A stretch of DNA of 64,000 bases. Origin: Eledone cirrhosa. Lineage: Eukaryota. The position numbers were made by a program, and so were the translations under genes. The stretch is taken from the NCBI GenBank assembly GCA_964016885.1, contig OZ024743.1:179428001-179492000 (forward strand). The letters run 5' to 3'. Position 1 is the stretch's first letter, and each line of letters starts with the position of its first letter. The notes beneath the pieces were generated by a model. That model had not been told where the DNA came from. It made no database searches and saw nothing but the letters and a program-made list of their open reading frames with translations. This document shows positions 28,905-41,075 of this stretch, one piece after another.

Positions 28905-29220
28905 AGCCAAAACAATGCAGGTATGGACATAGAATAAAGAATGCAAATGCAAAAGATATTGTTGACAATTGGTCTTTTACCTTAGATTTATTTAAATGTC
29001 CTTAATTTTCGAGATAATATCTCTTCTTCGGAGGGAAGTAAAGCGGTTAAACCAATGTTCTAAATAGCTTGCCAAGTCATGCTTTACTTCCCTCCGAAGA
29101 AGAGATATTATCTCGAAAATTAAGGACATTTAAATAAATCTAAGGTAAAAGACTAATTGTCAACAATATCTTTTGCATTTGCATTCTTTATTCTATGTCC
29201 ATACCTGCATTGTTTTGGCT
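28905..29220. mobile_element. Fold-back element: 140-bp arms, 36-nt loop, HHR in each arm
   Basis: Arms 28905-29044 and 29081-29220 differ at one position that I could see. HHR (+) at 29091-29125 reads CCT-CCGAAGA-aGAGATattATCTC-GAAAATT-A-AGG; its mirror is at 29000-29034. Confidence 0.8.
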
Positions 29221-29352
29221 CTCGGAGTCGATAAAATAAAATACCAGTAATGCACTGGGTAATTGGTGGCCTTGTGCCTAACGTAGAAACAATTATACAT
29301 ATGCAAACGTTTATACCTCATTACACAATGCTTCAAGTGAACTATAACCTCC

Positions 29353-29400
<48 letters not shown>

Positions 29401-29829
29401 AAAAAGAGATGAAATCGAAAATGCAACTGGAGTCTTATTTTTTTTTAAAATATATATATTTATTTGGTTCCTTTACCGGTTTCGCAGTTCTTCTGCTTTT
29501 CAAAAGGTGAGTTGAGATGGAGGGTCTGTGGTTTTTCTCACATCTGGTTGGTCTCTGAATGTTACTTGTTTTATATGGAAAAAGTGGCTCGAAATGCCAG
29601 GTTTTTCGAGAAGTAATTTGATTGGTTTGTCAATAATTATAATAAATTTCGCGCCAGTTCGCGTTACAATAGTTCTTCAAATAAGAGGGGGGGGGGGGGT
29701 TGTCACAGGTTGTTTTTTCATATATGAGTGTTTGAATTTCTTTTTACTTGAAAAAAGGAGGCTCACGAAGGCTTTTTTTGGTTGGTTATAAATGAAATTA
29801 TGGCTGTCACGTGAACAAATTTTCATTAA

Positions 29830-30559
29830 AAGCAATTCTACTCGAGAGAGAGTACCCACTATTACTAATAAATAATGGAATAGAAAGGGCTAAAGCAATA
29901 GGCATTGATGAATTACGGAAACAGAAACAAATTCAAGGTACGTCCAATATTCTATCATATATCTCAACACACAACCCAAGAAATGCGGAAGCTTACAATA
30001 CTATTCACAATAACATCCCACTACTAAAACAAAACCCAAGAATGAAAAAAAGCCCTTGAAACACACAAAATAATCAAAAGCAAAAGACAACCAAAATCAC
30101 TGAAAACATTACTCACCAATGCCAAATTACCTACCACAAACCCACAACCAAGTATCAAAAAATGTGGTCGCTCTAATTGTGGAACCTGCACTCACCTCAT
30201 TGAAGGCAACACGTATACATTTAAATCAGGACAAAATTTTACTGTAAAAAAATCACTTCACTTGCTCATCAAAAAATCTACTTTATGCCATTAAATGTAA
30301 AGGATGCAATGAAGATTATATAGGACAAACTAAACTCACACTCAGAAACAGAATGACAGTTCATCGCCAACAATTACGAGATCCAACCACAAGACAGATA
30401 CCACTAAGTGCACATCTAGACATTTGCGCAAGTAATAAGACACCCAAATTCCAAATCTTCCCATTTTACCTTTGCGCTAACAATACAACAGAACAAATGC
30501 GAATAAATAAGGAAAATATGTTTATTCAAAAATATAGACCAACATTAAATATGGTTTAA
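29830..30559 (+). pseudogene. PLE thumb/linker plus GIY-YIG endonuclease (CCHH, Neptune-like), frameshifted
   Basis: KCGRSNCGTC knuckle; TCSSKNLLYAIKCKGCNEDYIGQT..TLRNRMTVHR; SAHLDIC; KENMFIQKYRPTLN. The frameshifts fall in A-runs. Confidence 0.88.
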
Positions 30560-30749
30560 TATACATTATGTCAACACCATAATATGACATACACACACAC
30601 ACATAACACCTTACTCGAACTAAATAAACCTTAACATACGTTTGCACTGACAATACAACAGCAAACACGAATAAGTAAGGAAAATATGTTCATTCAAAAA
30701 TATTCCTACTAAAGGAATCACTTTCCTACACACACACATACACACACAC

Positions 30750-30788
<39 letters not shown>

Positions 30789-31037
30789 TCTTCATCTTAA
30801 CATGCTAACCATACTCCCACACACATAACACCCATACACACACATAACACCCCCCCCCCACACCCACAACTCCCTCCCCATTTCTACTAATAGAACCACT
30901 TTCCTACACACATATATATACACACACACAAAATATATATTCTCTCCATCTTAACATACTCGCACACACACATATAACACCCATATACACACACACACAA
31001 CTCCCTCCCCCATTTCTACTAATAGAATCATCTTCCA

Positions 31038-31115
<78 letters not shown>

Positions 31116-31971
31116 ACACACATACACACACACAAGCACACAAATAAACATACATATCTTCACTTCAATAGAAAATCTGAACTCTGACACCCCGGCGAGC
31201 TGGCCATATTCACTGAACCAGAACATTTCTCCCAATCCCTTTTCTCTTGACCACTATCTCTCCATTGTCATAACATTCACTATAAAGACTACAGAATAGT
31301 TTTCCAAATAAGGGCGCAAAAATGTAATGAAAACTTGTTCACGTGACAGCCAAATTTCATTTATAACCAATCAAATCACATCTATTAAAAAAAGCCTTCG
31401 TGAGCCACCTTTTTTTTAAGTAAAGAAATTTAAACACACACACACACACGCACACACACACACAAGCACACAAATAAACACATATCTTTACTTTCTTTAT
31501 TCAATAGAAAATCTGAATTTTGACACCCCAGCGAACTAACCATATTCACTGAACCAGAATAATTCTCCCATCCCTTTCTCTTGACCATTATCTTTCACTT
31601 ATCAAAAACTTCTCTAAAAAGGCTACAGAATGGATTTCCAAATAAGGGCACAAAAATTTAATGAAAATTTGTTCACGTGACAGCCATAATTTCATTTATA
31701 ACCAACCAAAAAAGCCTTCGTGAGCCTCCTTTTTTCAAGTAAAAAGAAATTCAAACACTCATATATGAAAAAACAACCTGTGACACCCCCCCCCTCTTAT
31801 TTGAAGAACTATTGTAACGCGAACTGGCGCGAAATTTATTATAATTATTGAAAAACCAATCAAATTACTTCTCGAAAAACCTGGCATTTCGAGCCACTTT
31901 TTCCATATAAAACAAGTAACATTCAGAGACCAACCAGATGTGAGAAAAACCACAGACCATCATCTCAACTC

Positions 31972-32011
31972 TCCTTTTGAAAAGCAGAAGAACTGCGAAA
32001 CCGGTAAAGGA
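31972..32011 (+). ncRNA. Minimal hammerhead, compensated U3-A8 core (mirror copy 29469-29507, minus strand)
   Basis: TCCTT-TTGAAAA-GCAGaagaaCTGC-GAAACCGGT-A-AAGGA. Confidence 0.8.
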
Positions 32012-32160
32012 ACCAAATAAATATATATATTTTTTTTAAAAATAAGACTCCAGTTGCATTTTCGATTTCATCTCTTTTTCTTTATACTTTCACTCGTGTA
32101 GGACACCTCGGTTATTTTTCATTTTGTAAAAAAAAACTCACTTTCTAATATATATATATA

Positions 32161-33026
32161 TACTATAAATTATGTCCATAGAATCATTTGATAAGATATA
32201 TACACCATTTCCTCTCCCAATTAGCATAATCTACCACACAAAAAGCCAATTAAACCAGGCTATAAGATTAAAAGCACATATGAAGAAATAATAGATAAAT
32301 AAACGACAGCCATTTATTCGCGATCAACAGCTATACAATATTTACCCACCATTTCAATAGCACGTGGAAATAGATTAAATATATCGTCAACTATACAGAG
32401 TTAGGTATAACATTAAAGTTAGAAGAAAAAATGCATATACATATACCAGGATTACGTTTCTACCCTTTAGGGTTTCGTTCGCTTTCGGAATTATCCTATC
32501 AAAGATAAATTCTCGAGCTTCGAACTCATCAGGAAACAAACTCACTAGAACAAAGATTTTTCTTAATTGATTCCCGCCAGTAACGAATTCAAAATGGCTA
32601 AGAACTGTGATGTGTAGTGGTCAAGTCAGAAAGAATGTGATTGGTGCCTTACGGCTAGTGCGTTGGTTGCTAGAAAGCGCAGCTTAATATTGCCTAAATT
32701 GCATCTCAACCTTATGGGAGATTATCAAATATAAAGATTTACATATACACAAACTAGACAAAGTCATAGATATGTTTTGGGCAACGATTCACGATGTGGC
32801 ACAATGATGAATTAATAAATTAAATAATCAGAGCAATATACTATAAATTATGTCCATAGAATTATTTGATAAGATATATATTCCATTTCCTCTCCCAATT
32901 AGCATAATCAACCACACAAAAAAACCAATTAAACCAGGCTATAAGATTAATAGGCACCTATGAAGAAATAATAGATAAATAAACGGCAGCCATCTATTCG
33001 CGATCAACAGCTATAGAATATTTACC
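32161..33026 (-). mobile_element. Non-coding partial tandem (period ~678 bp) with ~186-bp direct repeats around one HHR
   Basis: 32161-32346 is similar to 32839-33026. A related end lies at ~8060-8150, and the left end abuts (TA)n. Confidence 0.7.
32456..32537 (-). ncRNA. Canonical type I hammerhead with a stable stem III
   Basis: GTTTC-CTGATGA-GTTCG...CGAAC-GAAACCCtaaaGGGT-A-GAAAC. All core positions are intact, including G10.1-C11.1. Predicted cleavage is after GUA (between 32461 and 32460). Confidence 0.9.
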
Positions 33027-33096
33027 TAGCATACATATAGTTTTTATTCAATTTGTTTTGAGAGGTTTCTTATCTGAAAAAATGTCTTGAAACAGA

Positions 33097-33408
33097 TATT
33101 GTTATACTTTGGTTGGGTCATGTTGACAATAAAAACACACGCACCTTTTAGGTTTCACTTCAATTTATCATACGTTTCCAGTTCGTTGGGTGGTTGGTTC
33201 GGTAACTGGAAGGTTGTTTATATATTGTCACATTCGTCACACATTCTGTGACCTCCTTATTGACTAGGTTTTTATTTTGTGTCTCTCCTTTGTTCATTCC
33301 TACACCATCTTGTTTCTGTGTGTTGTGTTGTTAGTTTTCACATGCGTTACCTTCGGGTTTGTGTATGTATTTTTATTGGCAACATGACCCTCTTAAATTA
33401 TAACAATA
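33097..33408. mobile_element. MITE with ~40-bp TIRs
   Basis: TATTGTTATACTTTGGTTGGGTCATGTTGACAATAAAAA ... TTTTTATTGGCAACATGACCCTCTTAAATTATAACAATA. A solo TIR also lies at 39676-39710. Confidence 0.7.
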
Positions 33409-33436
33409 TATATATGTGTATATATATATGTATATA

Positions 33437-33590
<154 letters not shown>

Positions 33591-33725
33591 CATATATATA
33601 CATACATACATACATATATATGCACACACACTCACAAACATACATAAACGTACACAATAATGCAGATGTGCGTGGGTGTGAGAGAGATAGGGGTCCCGTG
33701 CGAGTGTGTGTGTATACGTGATGTG

Positions 33726-33799
<74 letters not shown>

Positions 33800-34404
33800 T
33801 ATAAATGTGTATGTGTATAAATATGTGTATATATGTATGTTTGTGTATATATGTGTGTGCATGTATATGTGGGTATGTGTATATGTGTGCGTATGCATAT
33901 ATAGACAAATATGTGGAAAAAAACAGAGAGATAAACAGTGTGTGTAAGAGAGAGAAGAGGGTGAAGCGTGTGTGTGTGTGTGTTGGTTTGTGTATACATG
34001 TTCGTATGCATATATAGAGAGTTATGTAAAAAAAAAAAAACAGAATTCAAGACAGAGAAAATTGAAGAAAAACTCCAGCACAATCGATACGCAAAAGATA
34101 TCTAAAATATATACAGAGTGAAAGAGAAAGCCATATAAATAAAAACAGGTGAAGAAAGACGGAGAAACTCGTGACAACATGGCAATCTTGCGATGATAGT
34201 CAACTATAACAATGAGATTCAAAGAATATAAGAGAAAAAATAACAAGTAACCAACTAAGACAAACACATGAATGACTGTCGAAGAGTACGACAGTATACG
34301 AAATAACTAATCAGATTCCATTGATTCCACTGAAAGACAAAATAAGAGAAGAAATACTAGCAACAAGGAAAAACAACGTAAAGCTAACAATTAAAAAAAC
34401 ACAA

Positions 34405-34462
<58 letters not shown>

Positions 34463-34642
34463 ACATACACACATACATACACACACACACACATACAGAG
34501 AGAGGGAGAGAGACTTGGTGAATTGTTCTATTGATTTATTTGTATAGATCCAGAGAACGCAAATGTCGTCATGTTGTCATAGTATGGCTGACTTGAAAAT
34601 TATGTTATCTTCAAACCCCATGACATATAGACAATATATATG

Positions 34643-34769
<127 letters not shown>

Positions 34770-34778
34770 ATTATATAT

Positions 34779-34821
<43 letters not shown>

Positions 34822-34927
34822 AGACACATATATATGTATCTGTGGGACTGTGTGGGTGTCTTTGCTGTTTATGATGCATCTAACATAAAAGTTTACTCAC
34901 TGAGACATATAAGCATATGTATAGATT

Positions 34928-35032
<105 letters not shown>

Positions 35033-35721
35033 GTTGATCGAGAGAGAAAGGTAGATAGATAGATAGAAAAATATAGAGAAAAGAGAGAAAGAATGGTAGT
35101 AGGAGATTGAGGAGGAAAGAGACTTTAACATACATGTACAAACACATAATATTATGAGTTCGATTCCTGGATTGGGCGGCGCGTTTTGTCCTGGGGCAAG
35201 TAATGTATTTCCTGTTCACTAACGGGGCAAAACTGAACTGTACTTGCTATTGAATTAACGTGACCACACGATTCCGAATAAGACGGAACTCCATTAGTGA
35301 CACACACATAGTGTCACGCACGTACACCTATACACACATACACACATACACGCATGTATGCACACAGACAGACAGACACACACACATATACATATATATA
35401 TATGTGTGTGTGTGTACGTGCGTCTGTGTGTGTCCCGGGTTCGATAGGGGTAACCACAGTAAGTAAGACACAATACAGTAGTAGAGTTTAGAAAATGGCT
35501 TCTATAGGCCTAGAACTGTTTCATTCAAAAGCAACCATCAGATGCAATATTTAAGTATATTACAATCAAGAGTAAGAACATAGCAAGCAAAGTAAATATT
35601 TAAGGAAAAATATAATTTTACCTGCCCGTAAATTTATATTTGTCCTTAAATATTTACATTGCTTGCTATGTTCTTACTCTTGAATGTAATATACTTAAAT
35701 GTATGTATATATATATATATA

Positions 35722-38700
35722 TTTCTTTTATTTGCCACTAGGGCATCAAAAGTGGGACAAGTACAAAGGGGGGAGTTTACACAAAAAGGCGTCCTCAATA
35801 AGGAGAAGGCAATAACAAAATATAAAAATAAAATAAGATATAACAAAAAATAAAATTTTTAACAAAATCCTCAATAGAGAGGAGGCGCCTTGGGGGGTCG
35901 CACACACCCCCGAAAAAAGTGTGCAACCCTTCTCCTCAGGAGCACAGAGAAGGGGTGCTCCCTTGGTCTTTCATCTTCCTCACCTATAGTCTGATGTAGA
36001 GTGAAGGCCCATTCACACGGGCCATTCTCGCCACTTTTACCCATCTTTCATAGAAACGGCTGGGGTGCAGCACCTCTCTCTCCATCCTGATCCTTCTTCC
36101 GAAATGATATCGGAAGAAACGGACCAGTTGTTGGCCAGAGAGAAAGGTGCCCGACCTCAGTCCTTTCAGACGCGTCCACCATACAACCTCTTTCGCCATG
36201 GCTATTACGCACAGAAACACCGCCTCTGCTTCATCTTTGAAGGGGGGAGGCGGCTTGATCATTACAATAGACTCGGTGGTCAACCGGATCGGTCCCACCC
36301 TTGACAGCAGTTGTTCGACATAGCCCCACAGATCGGCTACGCCCGAGCAGTGTACTAATGCGTGTGCAACGGTTTCCTCGTCGCACACGCATCTGGGACA
36401 GATCTTTTTGGCGGGGTCCCTACCCGGGCGCCCGTGTCTGTAGAGCCTTTCTCGAACGGGTAAAGCCCCTCGGTAGCACTGCCAGGCCAGGGACTTCTGG
36501 AAGTTGTCCATAGGTCCCGGGCTGAATGTCCTACCGAACAGGCTGGCCAGTTCGTCCTCCTCCATGTCTAGGGCTTCTCCGAGGGCGTCGTCGCACCTGC
36601 TGCGTACCAGCCCTCTATAGAATGTTGCGGTGGAGTCTCCACTGATAACCGGATCCGCCTGCCAGAGGGCGGTGAGCGCCTGGGCACACTCAGTGTGCCA
36701 GGCGCCCAGTTTTCTCGGTCTTTGCTTGACCCAGGATTGCAGCTCGGTGAGTGAGACGAGTCTGGAAAAGGTTCGTCTCACAAACGAGGCCCACACCGGC
36801 TGTCCGGTGAGGAATACGTAGAGGTGCCGTAGCCTTAATGCGTGTTTACGCATCATTAGCCACGGCATCCCCAGCCCTCCTTTCGAAGGGTGTTGACAGC
36901 AGATGGATCTCCTCACCATAGGAGCCCGCCTCTTCCAAAGGAATTGGAAGAGCGCGCGCTCCATCTTGGTGAGGGTTTCCCTTGGGCAGGGCACTACGGT
37001 CAGGCGGTAGTAGATGACGGACGCTATGTAGGTGTTCGCCACCTCCGCCCGACCTTTCAGGGATTGTTTGCAACTGGCCCACTTCTGGGTCAGTGCAAAC
37101 ACCCTGTTCGTAACCTCCGCCCAGTTTTTCTCCACCTGGAGGTCCGGTCCGAACCAGACCCCGAGCAACTTCACCGGGCCCTCCGTCCAGCGTCCGACGA
37201 CGCCATCGGAGGGCATCGGTCTGCCCCTCCACGTGCCGAGTTGCAAACCGATCGACTTGTCCCGGTTCAGCTTAGCCCCTGTGAACTTTTCGTACTCCTC
37301 CAGTAAGGTGCCGACCGCCTCGATTTCGGAGGCCGTCGACACCATTACTGTCACGTCATCGGCGTAGGCCGACACCGCTTTCCGCAATCCCGGTTCCAAA
37401 GGGATGCCCTGCAACAACTCCAACTTCCGCAGTAGTGGCTCGAGAGTCAACACATACAGAAGGGAGGAGAGAGGGCACCCTTGTCGGATGGACCGCGCGA
37501 TTTTGAACGGCTCCGAGAGGTAGCCGTTCACCTTGACCCTAGAGCAGATGCGGCTGCTGTGCATAGCAGTGATCCAGCCCCTGAAAACGGGTCCGAAGCC
37601 TGCCGCCGCTAGCACCGCATCCAGGTAACCATGGTCGACCCTATCGAACGCCTTAGATTGATCCAAGTTGATCAGAGCCCCACCAAAGCCGGGTTCGTTC
37701 CCAACCCTCTCTATGATGTATCGCATGAGGTGGAGGTTGTCATGGATGGACCTGGACGGGATAGCGCATGTCTGCGCATCTCCCACCAGGTTGCCCACGA
37801 CAAGCGCCAACCTCTTTGCTAGCACCTTGGCCAAAATCTGTAACTCTGTATTTAGCAGAGTTATGGGCCTGAAGTTACTTATTTCGTCCCCCTTGTTCTC
37901 GTCCTTCCTCACTAGCGTGACTACGCCCTTGGTCACAGTACAGGGAATTCTCCCGTTCTGTTGCCAGTTGCAGTAGACCGCCTCGAGGAGATCGGGGAAC
38001 ATGTCCGGCATAGCTAGATATAATTCGTAAGGAAGACCATCGAGACCCGGGGATTTGCGTTTGCCGCATTGGCCCAGCACGTCCTCTATCTCAGCGGCCG
38101 AAATCGGCTCCTCGCAAGACTTCGCCTCCCTGTCCGAGAGGCGCGGTAGGCCGTCGAGGTATGGACCGAAGTCCACGTTTCCAACCGGCTCCCCGCCCCT
38201 CCCGAACAGTCGGGCAAAGTGCCTTTGAAAGGCCTCACACATCTGCTTAGGCTCAAGAATCGCCCGTCCATCCAGGTCTCGCAAAGACCGGATGGTGGAT
38301 TTAGTTCCACTGTTGGCCTCTGTCACGCGGGCCCAGCTAACAGCTTTGGCCCCCTCGTTCCCTAGAGCACGTATTTTACTTCGGACAACGCAGCCTTCGT
38401 GCTTCGCGTCGAAAAACTGGCTCAAAGCCGTTCTCGACGCTAGCACTCTGGCCACGTCGCCGCTTCTAATTGCCTCTTCTACTCTATCTATTAGCTCCCT
38501 TTCCTTCCTATTCCTATCCGCAGCTAGAACCTTACTAAATTCAATCGAGACTACTCTAATCTCTCTCTTTAGAGATACCCACCACCTGCTGTTGACGATC
38601 GCTCCAGTCAACCGTTCCTTAACTAACGTACTAATCCGATTCCTGTAGGCTCTACTTGCCGGCAAGGACAAGTTGAGCTTCCAGTAACCGGGGCCCTGTC

Positions 38701-39665
38701 TATGCGTTCTATCAAGGTTGACCATGCAGGTCACCAACTTGTGGTCTGAATAGCCAACCATGAGCATTTCTGGACAACTTAAAATGTCCCTGTCCTTATT
38801 TCTAACTAAAAATCTATCTAGGTACGATCTAGATGATCCGCTGCGATTTGACCAAGACCAGGTTGGCACCGTCGGGAAATCTAGTCGAAATCTATCGGCC
38901 AGGTCAAATCGGCCGAGTAACCCCTTGAGGCTGTTGCACCCCTCTCTATCGGGACATGCCCCTGCATAGTCCCAACGTGCATCCAGGATACCATTCCAAT
39001 CCCCCACTAAAAGCAGGGAACGGGACGTCCCTAGAAAAGACTCCAGACGCTGGAAAAAGTCGGGCCGCTCTGTCCCAAAAGGGGCATATGCGGCTATCAG
39101 CCTAAGGGCTCTACCTTCACCACTGCCAAGGTCCAGCACCACCAGTCGACCCCCTGGGTCCAAGTGAACTATCTGTGTTGCAAGGCCCATATGTTTTTGC
39201 AGCAGAACGACAACCCCACCCCCACCTCCGGGCTGACAGAGAGATGCGTGCATCTCAAAGTCGTCAAAGGTGGGGGCTAGCTGTCGCATGCTGCTGATCC
39301 GGGCCTCGCAGATAACCATCACATTTATAGATTGTGACCTGAGGTCATTTAGAAGCATTGCTTGCTTCCAAGTTGAGCCCAGGCCACGCGCATTTAAACA
39401 GCCTACTCTTAGCATAGCCATGTTGGTGGTGAAGAGAAAAGGCACTTACCTCTCTGCGTCCCGGGTATCGGGCTGCACAATTTCCATTAGGGTGGGGGAT
39501 GGGTTGTTGGGTGGGGTGGTGGTTTGTGGAAGTGTGGGGGCATCAGTGTGATGTGTGGTTGGGGAGCTTGGAGTTGTGTGGGTGTTTGGGGAGGGGGTGG
39601 GATAGTTTTTTAGGAGGACGCGGTTAATGGGCCCGACGCAGGGGGGACCCACGTCCTCTTTAAAA
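35722..39665 (-). mobile_element. L1/Tx1-clade LINE, 5'-truncated within ORF1, in (TA)n
   Basis: GC-rich block containing a Pro/Thr-rich ORF1 tail (39446-39665), ORF2, and a 3' UTR ending AATAAAAGAAATATATA. Confidence 0.9.
35984..39421 (-). CDS. Intact Tx1/L1 ORF2: APE endonuclease, reverse transcriptase and C-terminal Cys-rich domain
   Basis: LNARGL, GDWN, SYLDRF, SDH (APE); KSPGLDG, FRPITLLN, LDQSKAFD, RQGCPLS, YADD (RT); CPRC..ETVAHALVHC. There are no stops. The first ATG is at 39421; the ORF track begins at GTG 39445. Confidence 0.93.
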   Translation of the reverse strand: MAMLRVGCLNARGLGSTWKQAMLLNDLRSQSINVMVICEARISSMRQLAPTFDDFEMHASLCQPGGGGGVVVLLQKHMGLATQIVHLDPGGRLVVLDLGSGEGRALRLIAAYAPFGTERPDFFQRLESFLGTSRSLLLVGDWNGILDARWDYAGACPDREGCNSLKGLLGRFDLADRFRLDFPTVPTWSWSNRSGSSRSYLDRFLVRNKDRDILSCPEMLMVGYSDHKLVTCMVNLDRTHRQGPGYWKLNLSLPASRAYRNRISTLVKERLTGAIVNSRWWVSLKREIRVVSIEFSKVLAADRNRKERELIDRVEEAIRSGDVARVLASRTALSQFFDAKHEGCVVRSKIRALGNEGAKAVSWARVTEANSGTKSTIRSLRDLDGRAILEPKQMCEAFQRHFARLFGRGGEPVGNVDFGPYLDGLPRLSDREAKSCEEPISAAEIEDVLGQCGKRKSPGLDGLPYELYLAMPDMFPDLLEAVYCNWQQNGRIPCTVTKGVVTLVRKDENKGDEISNFRPITLLNTELQILAKVLAKRLALVVGNLVGDAQTCAIPSRSIHDNLHLMRYIIERVGNEPGFGGALINLDQSKAFDRVDHGYLDAVLAAAGFGPVFRGWITAMHSSRICSRVKVNGYLSEPFKIARSIRQGCPLSSLLYVLTLEPLLRKLELLQGIPLEPGLRKAVSAYADDVTVMVSTASEIEAVGTLLEEYEKFTGAKLNRDKSIGLQLGTWRGRPMPSDGVVGRWTEGPVKLLGVWFGPDLQVEKNWAEVTNRVFALTQKWASCKQSLKGRAEVANTYIASVIYYRLTVVPCPRETLTKMERALFQFLWKRRAPMVRRSICCQHPSKGGLGMPWLMMRKHALRLRHLYVFLTGQPVWASFVRRTFSRLVSLTELQSWVKQRPRKLGAWHTECAQALTALWQADPVISGDSTATFYRGLVRSRCDDALGEALDMEEDELASLFGRTFSPGPMDNFQKSLAWQCYRGALPVRERLYRHGRPGRDPAKKICPRCVCDEETVAHALVHCSGVADLWGYVEQLLSRVGPIRLTTESIVMIKPPPPFKDEAEAVFLCVIAMAKEVVWWTRLKGLRSGTFLSGQQLVRFFRYHFGRRIRMEREVLHPSRFYERWVKVARMARVNGPSLYIRL

Positions 39666-39810
39666 TTGATATATATATTGTTATACTTTGGGAGGGTCAT
39701 GTTGCCAATATATATATATATATATGCAAAAGTTCTATTTAAATTGTTGGGATACAACAAGTAAATATTTTTATAACTGATATAAAGCACTCGACAAGTA
39801 TTTGGAGTAG

Positions 39811-40229
39811 ATATACGATATTAACAAATGGAAACTATATTTATAAAACCATATTTATTTCATTATACATATTTCAAGGATACCAAGTTAAATTATGGTA
39901 TGCCTTCATCAGACAAAATACAATATATACCAGTTTTATAAATAAACATTAACGTACCCTTTCAAAATGCGACCGTTACTTTTGGAAGACATCAGGATAG
40001 TGGTTTGTTTATTTTAGTAAATCGTAGTGTTAAAATAACAAACCACTATCCTGATGTCTTCCAAAAGTAACGGTCGCATTTTGAAAGGGTACGTCAATGT
40101 TTATTTATAAAACTGGTATATATTGTATTTTATCTGATGAAGGCATACCATAATTTAACTTGGTATCCTTGAAATATGTATAATGAAATAAATATGGTTT
40201 TATAAATATAGTTTCCATTTGTTAATATC

Positions 40230-40235
<6 letters not shown>
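39811..40235. mobile_element. Fold-back element: ~205-bp arms, ~14-nt loop, HHR in each arm
   Basis: Near-perfect inverted repeat. HHR (+) at 40126-40190 reads TATTTTAT-CTGATGA-AGGcATACCA...TGGTATCCTt-GAAATATGTAT-A-ATGAAATA; its mirror is at 39856-39920. Confidence 0.85.
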
Positions 40236-40300
<65 letters not shown>

Positions 40301-40480
40301 GTAGGGAGCGGCTATCCAAAACAAAAACATTTAAAAAATTGCCTCGGAAATGTTATCTTTTAATAAATTTTTCCTGTTTGAAGAAATCACGATATCTATC
40401 GTCATGGAAATATGTATAACGGAAATATGTATAATAGAAGACGTCGACTGCTAGAAGTGAATTGCATCCTTATATACCGA

Positions 40481-40574
<94 letters not shown>

Positions 40575-40819
40575 AAAATGCTAGCAGAACTAAAGCAAAC
40601 GACACAACAGTAAAATAAAGAAATGTATTATAAGTATTTCACCTGATTTAATTGGAAGATAGTCTTAACGTTTAGGACGCTAGGCCATCATCAGGAAATA
40701 GGATGATAAATTAAAGAAGAAATAGAAGTGTGGGGGCGGGGCAGAAATAGGAAAAAAACTTTCGAGAAAAATAACAGGTCTATTCATGTTGCCATCTCTT
40801 TATATGCGTGTGTATGTCT

Positions 40820-41075
40820 CCGACATGTTCGCGTTCGGTCGTGCCCTTAACAGTGGAGACCTCTGGTGTCCTTGGCCCTAGGGTTACCTACCTACTCACC
40901 ACTATAGGCGCTGAGCCGACCAGCGGCAAGTGTGAGCCTCGCGATTTGGAATGGCTCTTCCAGCGCATCTCCTTTACCATCCTCCGGGGAAACGCCTTCT
41001 CCATTCTGTCCGCCGGGCATGTGGAGAGGCCAGCACATGGGACCCCATTTGCTCACTATACGTAGAGATGGGGAG
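40820..41075 (+). pseudogene. CRE-clade non-LTR retrotransposon 3' fragment (RLE end)
   Basis: VPLTVETSGVLGP...WLFQRISFTILRGNAFSI, typical of CRE C-termini. Confidence 0.7.

Larger units (their letters stand above)
29396..32147 (+). mobile_element. 5'-truncated Neptune-like PLE with an inverted 3' end at the left
   Basis: 29396-29829 is the reverse complement of ~31655-32085. The + strand then carries an ORF remnant, a ~1.6-kb 3' UTR and an HHR. Both ends sit in (TA)n. Confidence 0.88.

Noticed and set aside
36065-39551. Short ORFs antisense to or overlapping Tx1 ORF2 and PLE RT
   Set aside because: They are shadow ORFs expected opposite GC-rich coding sequence.
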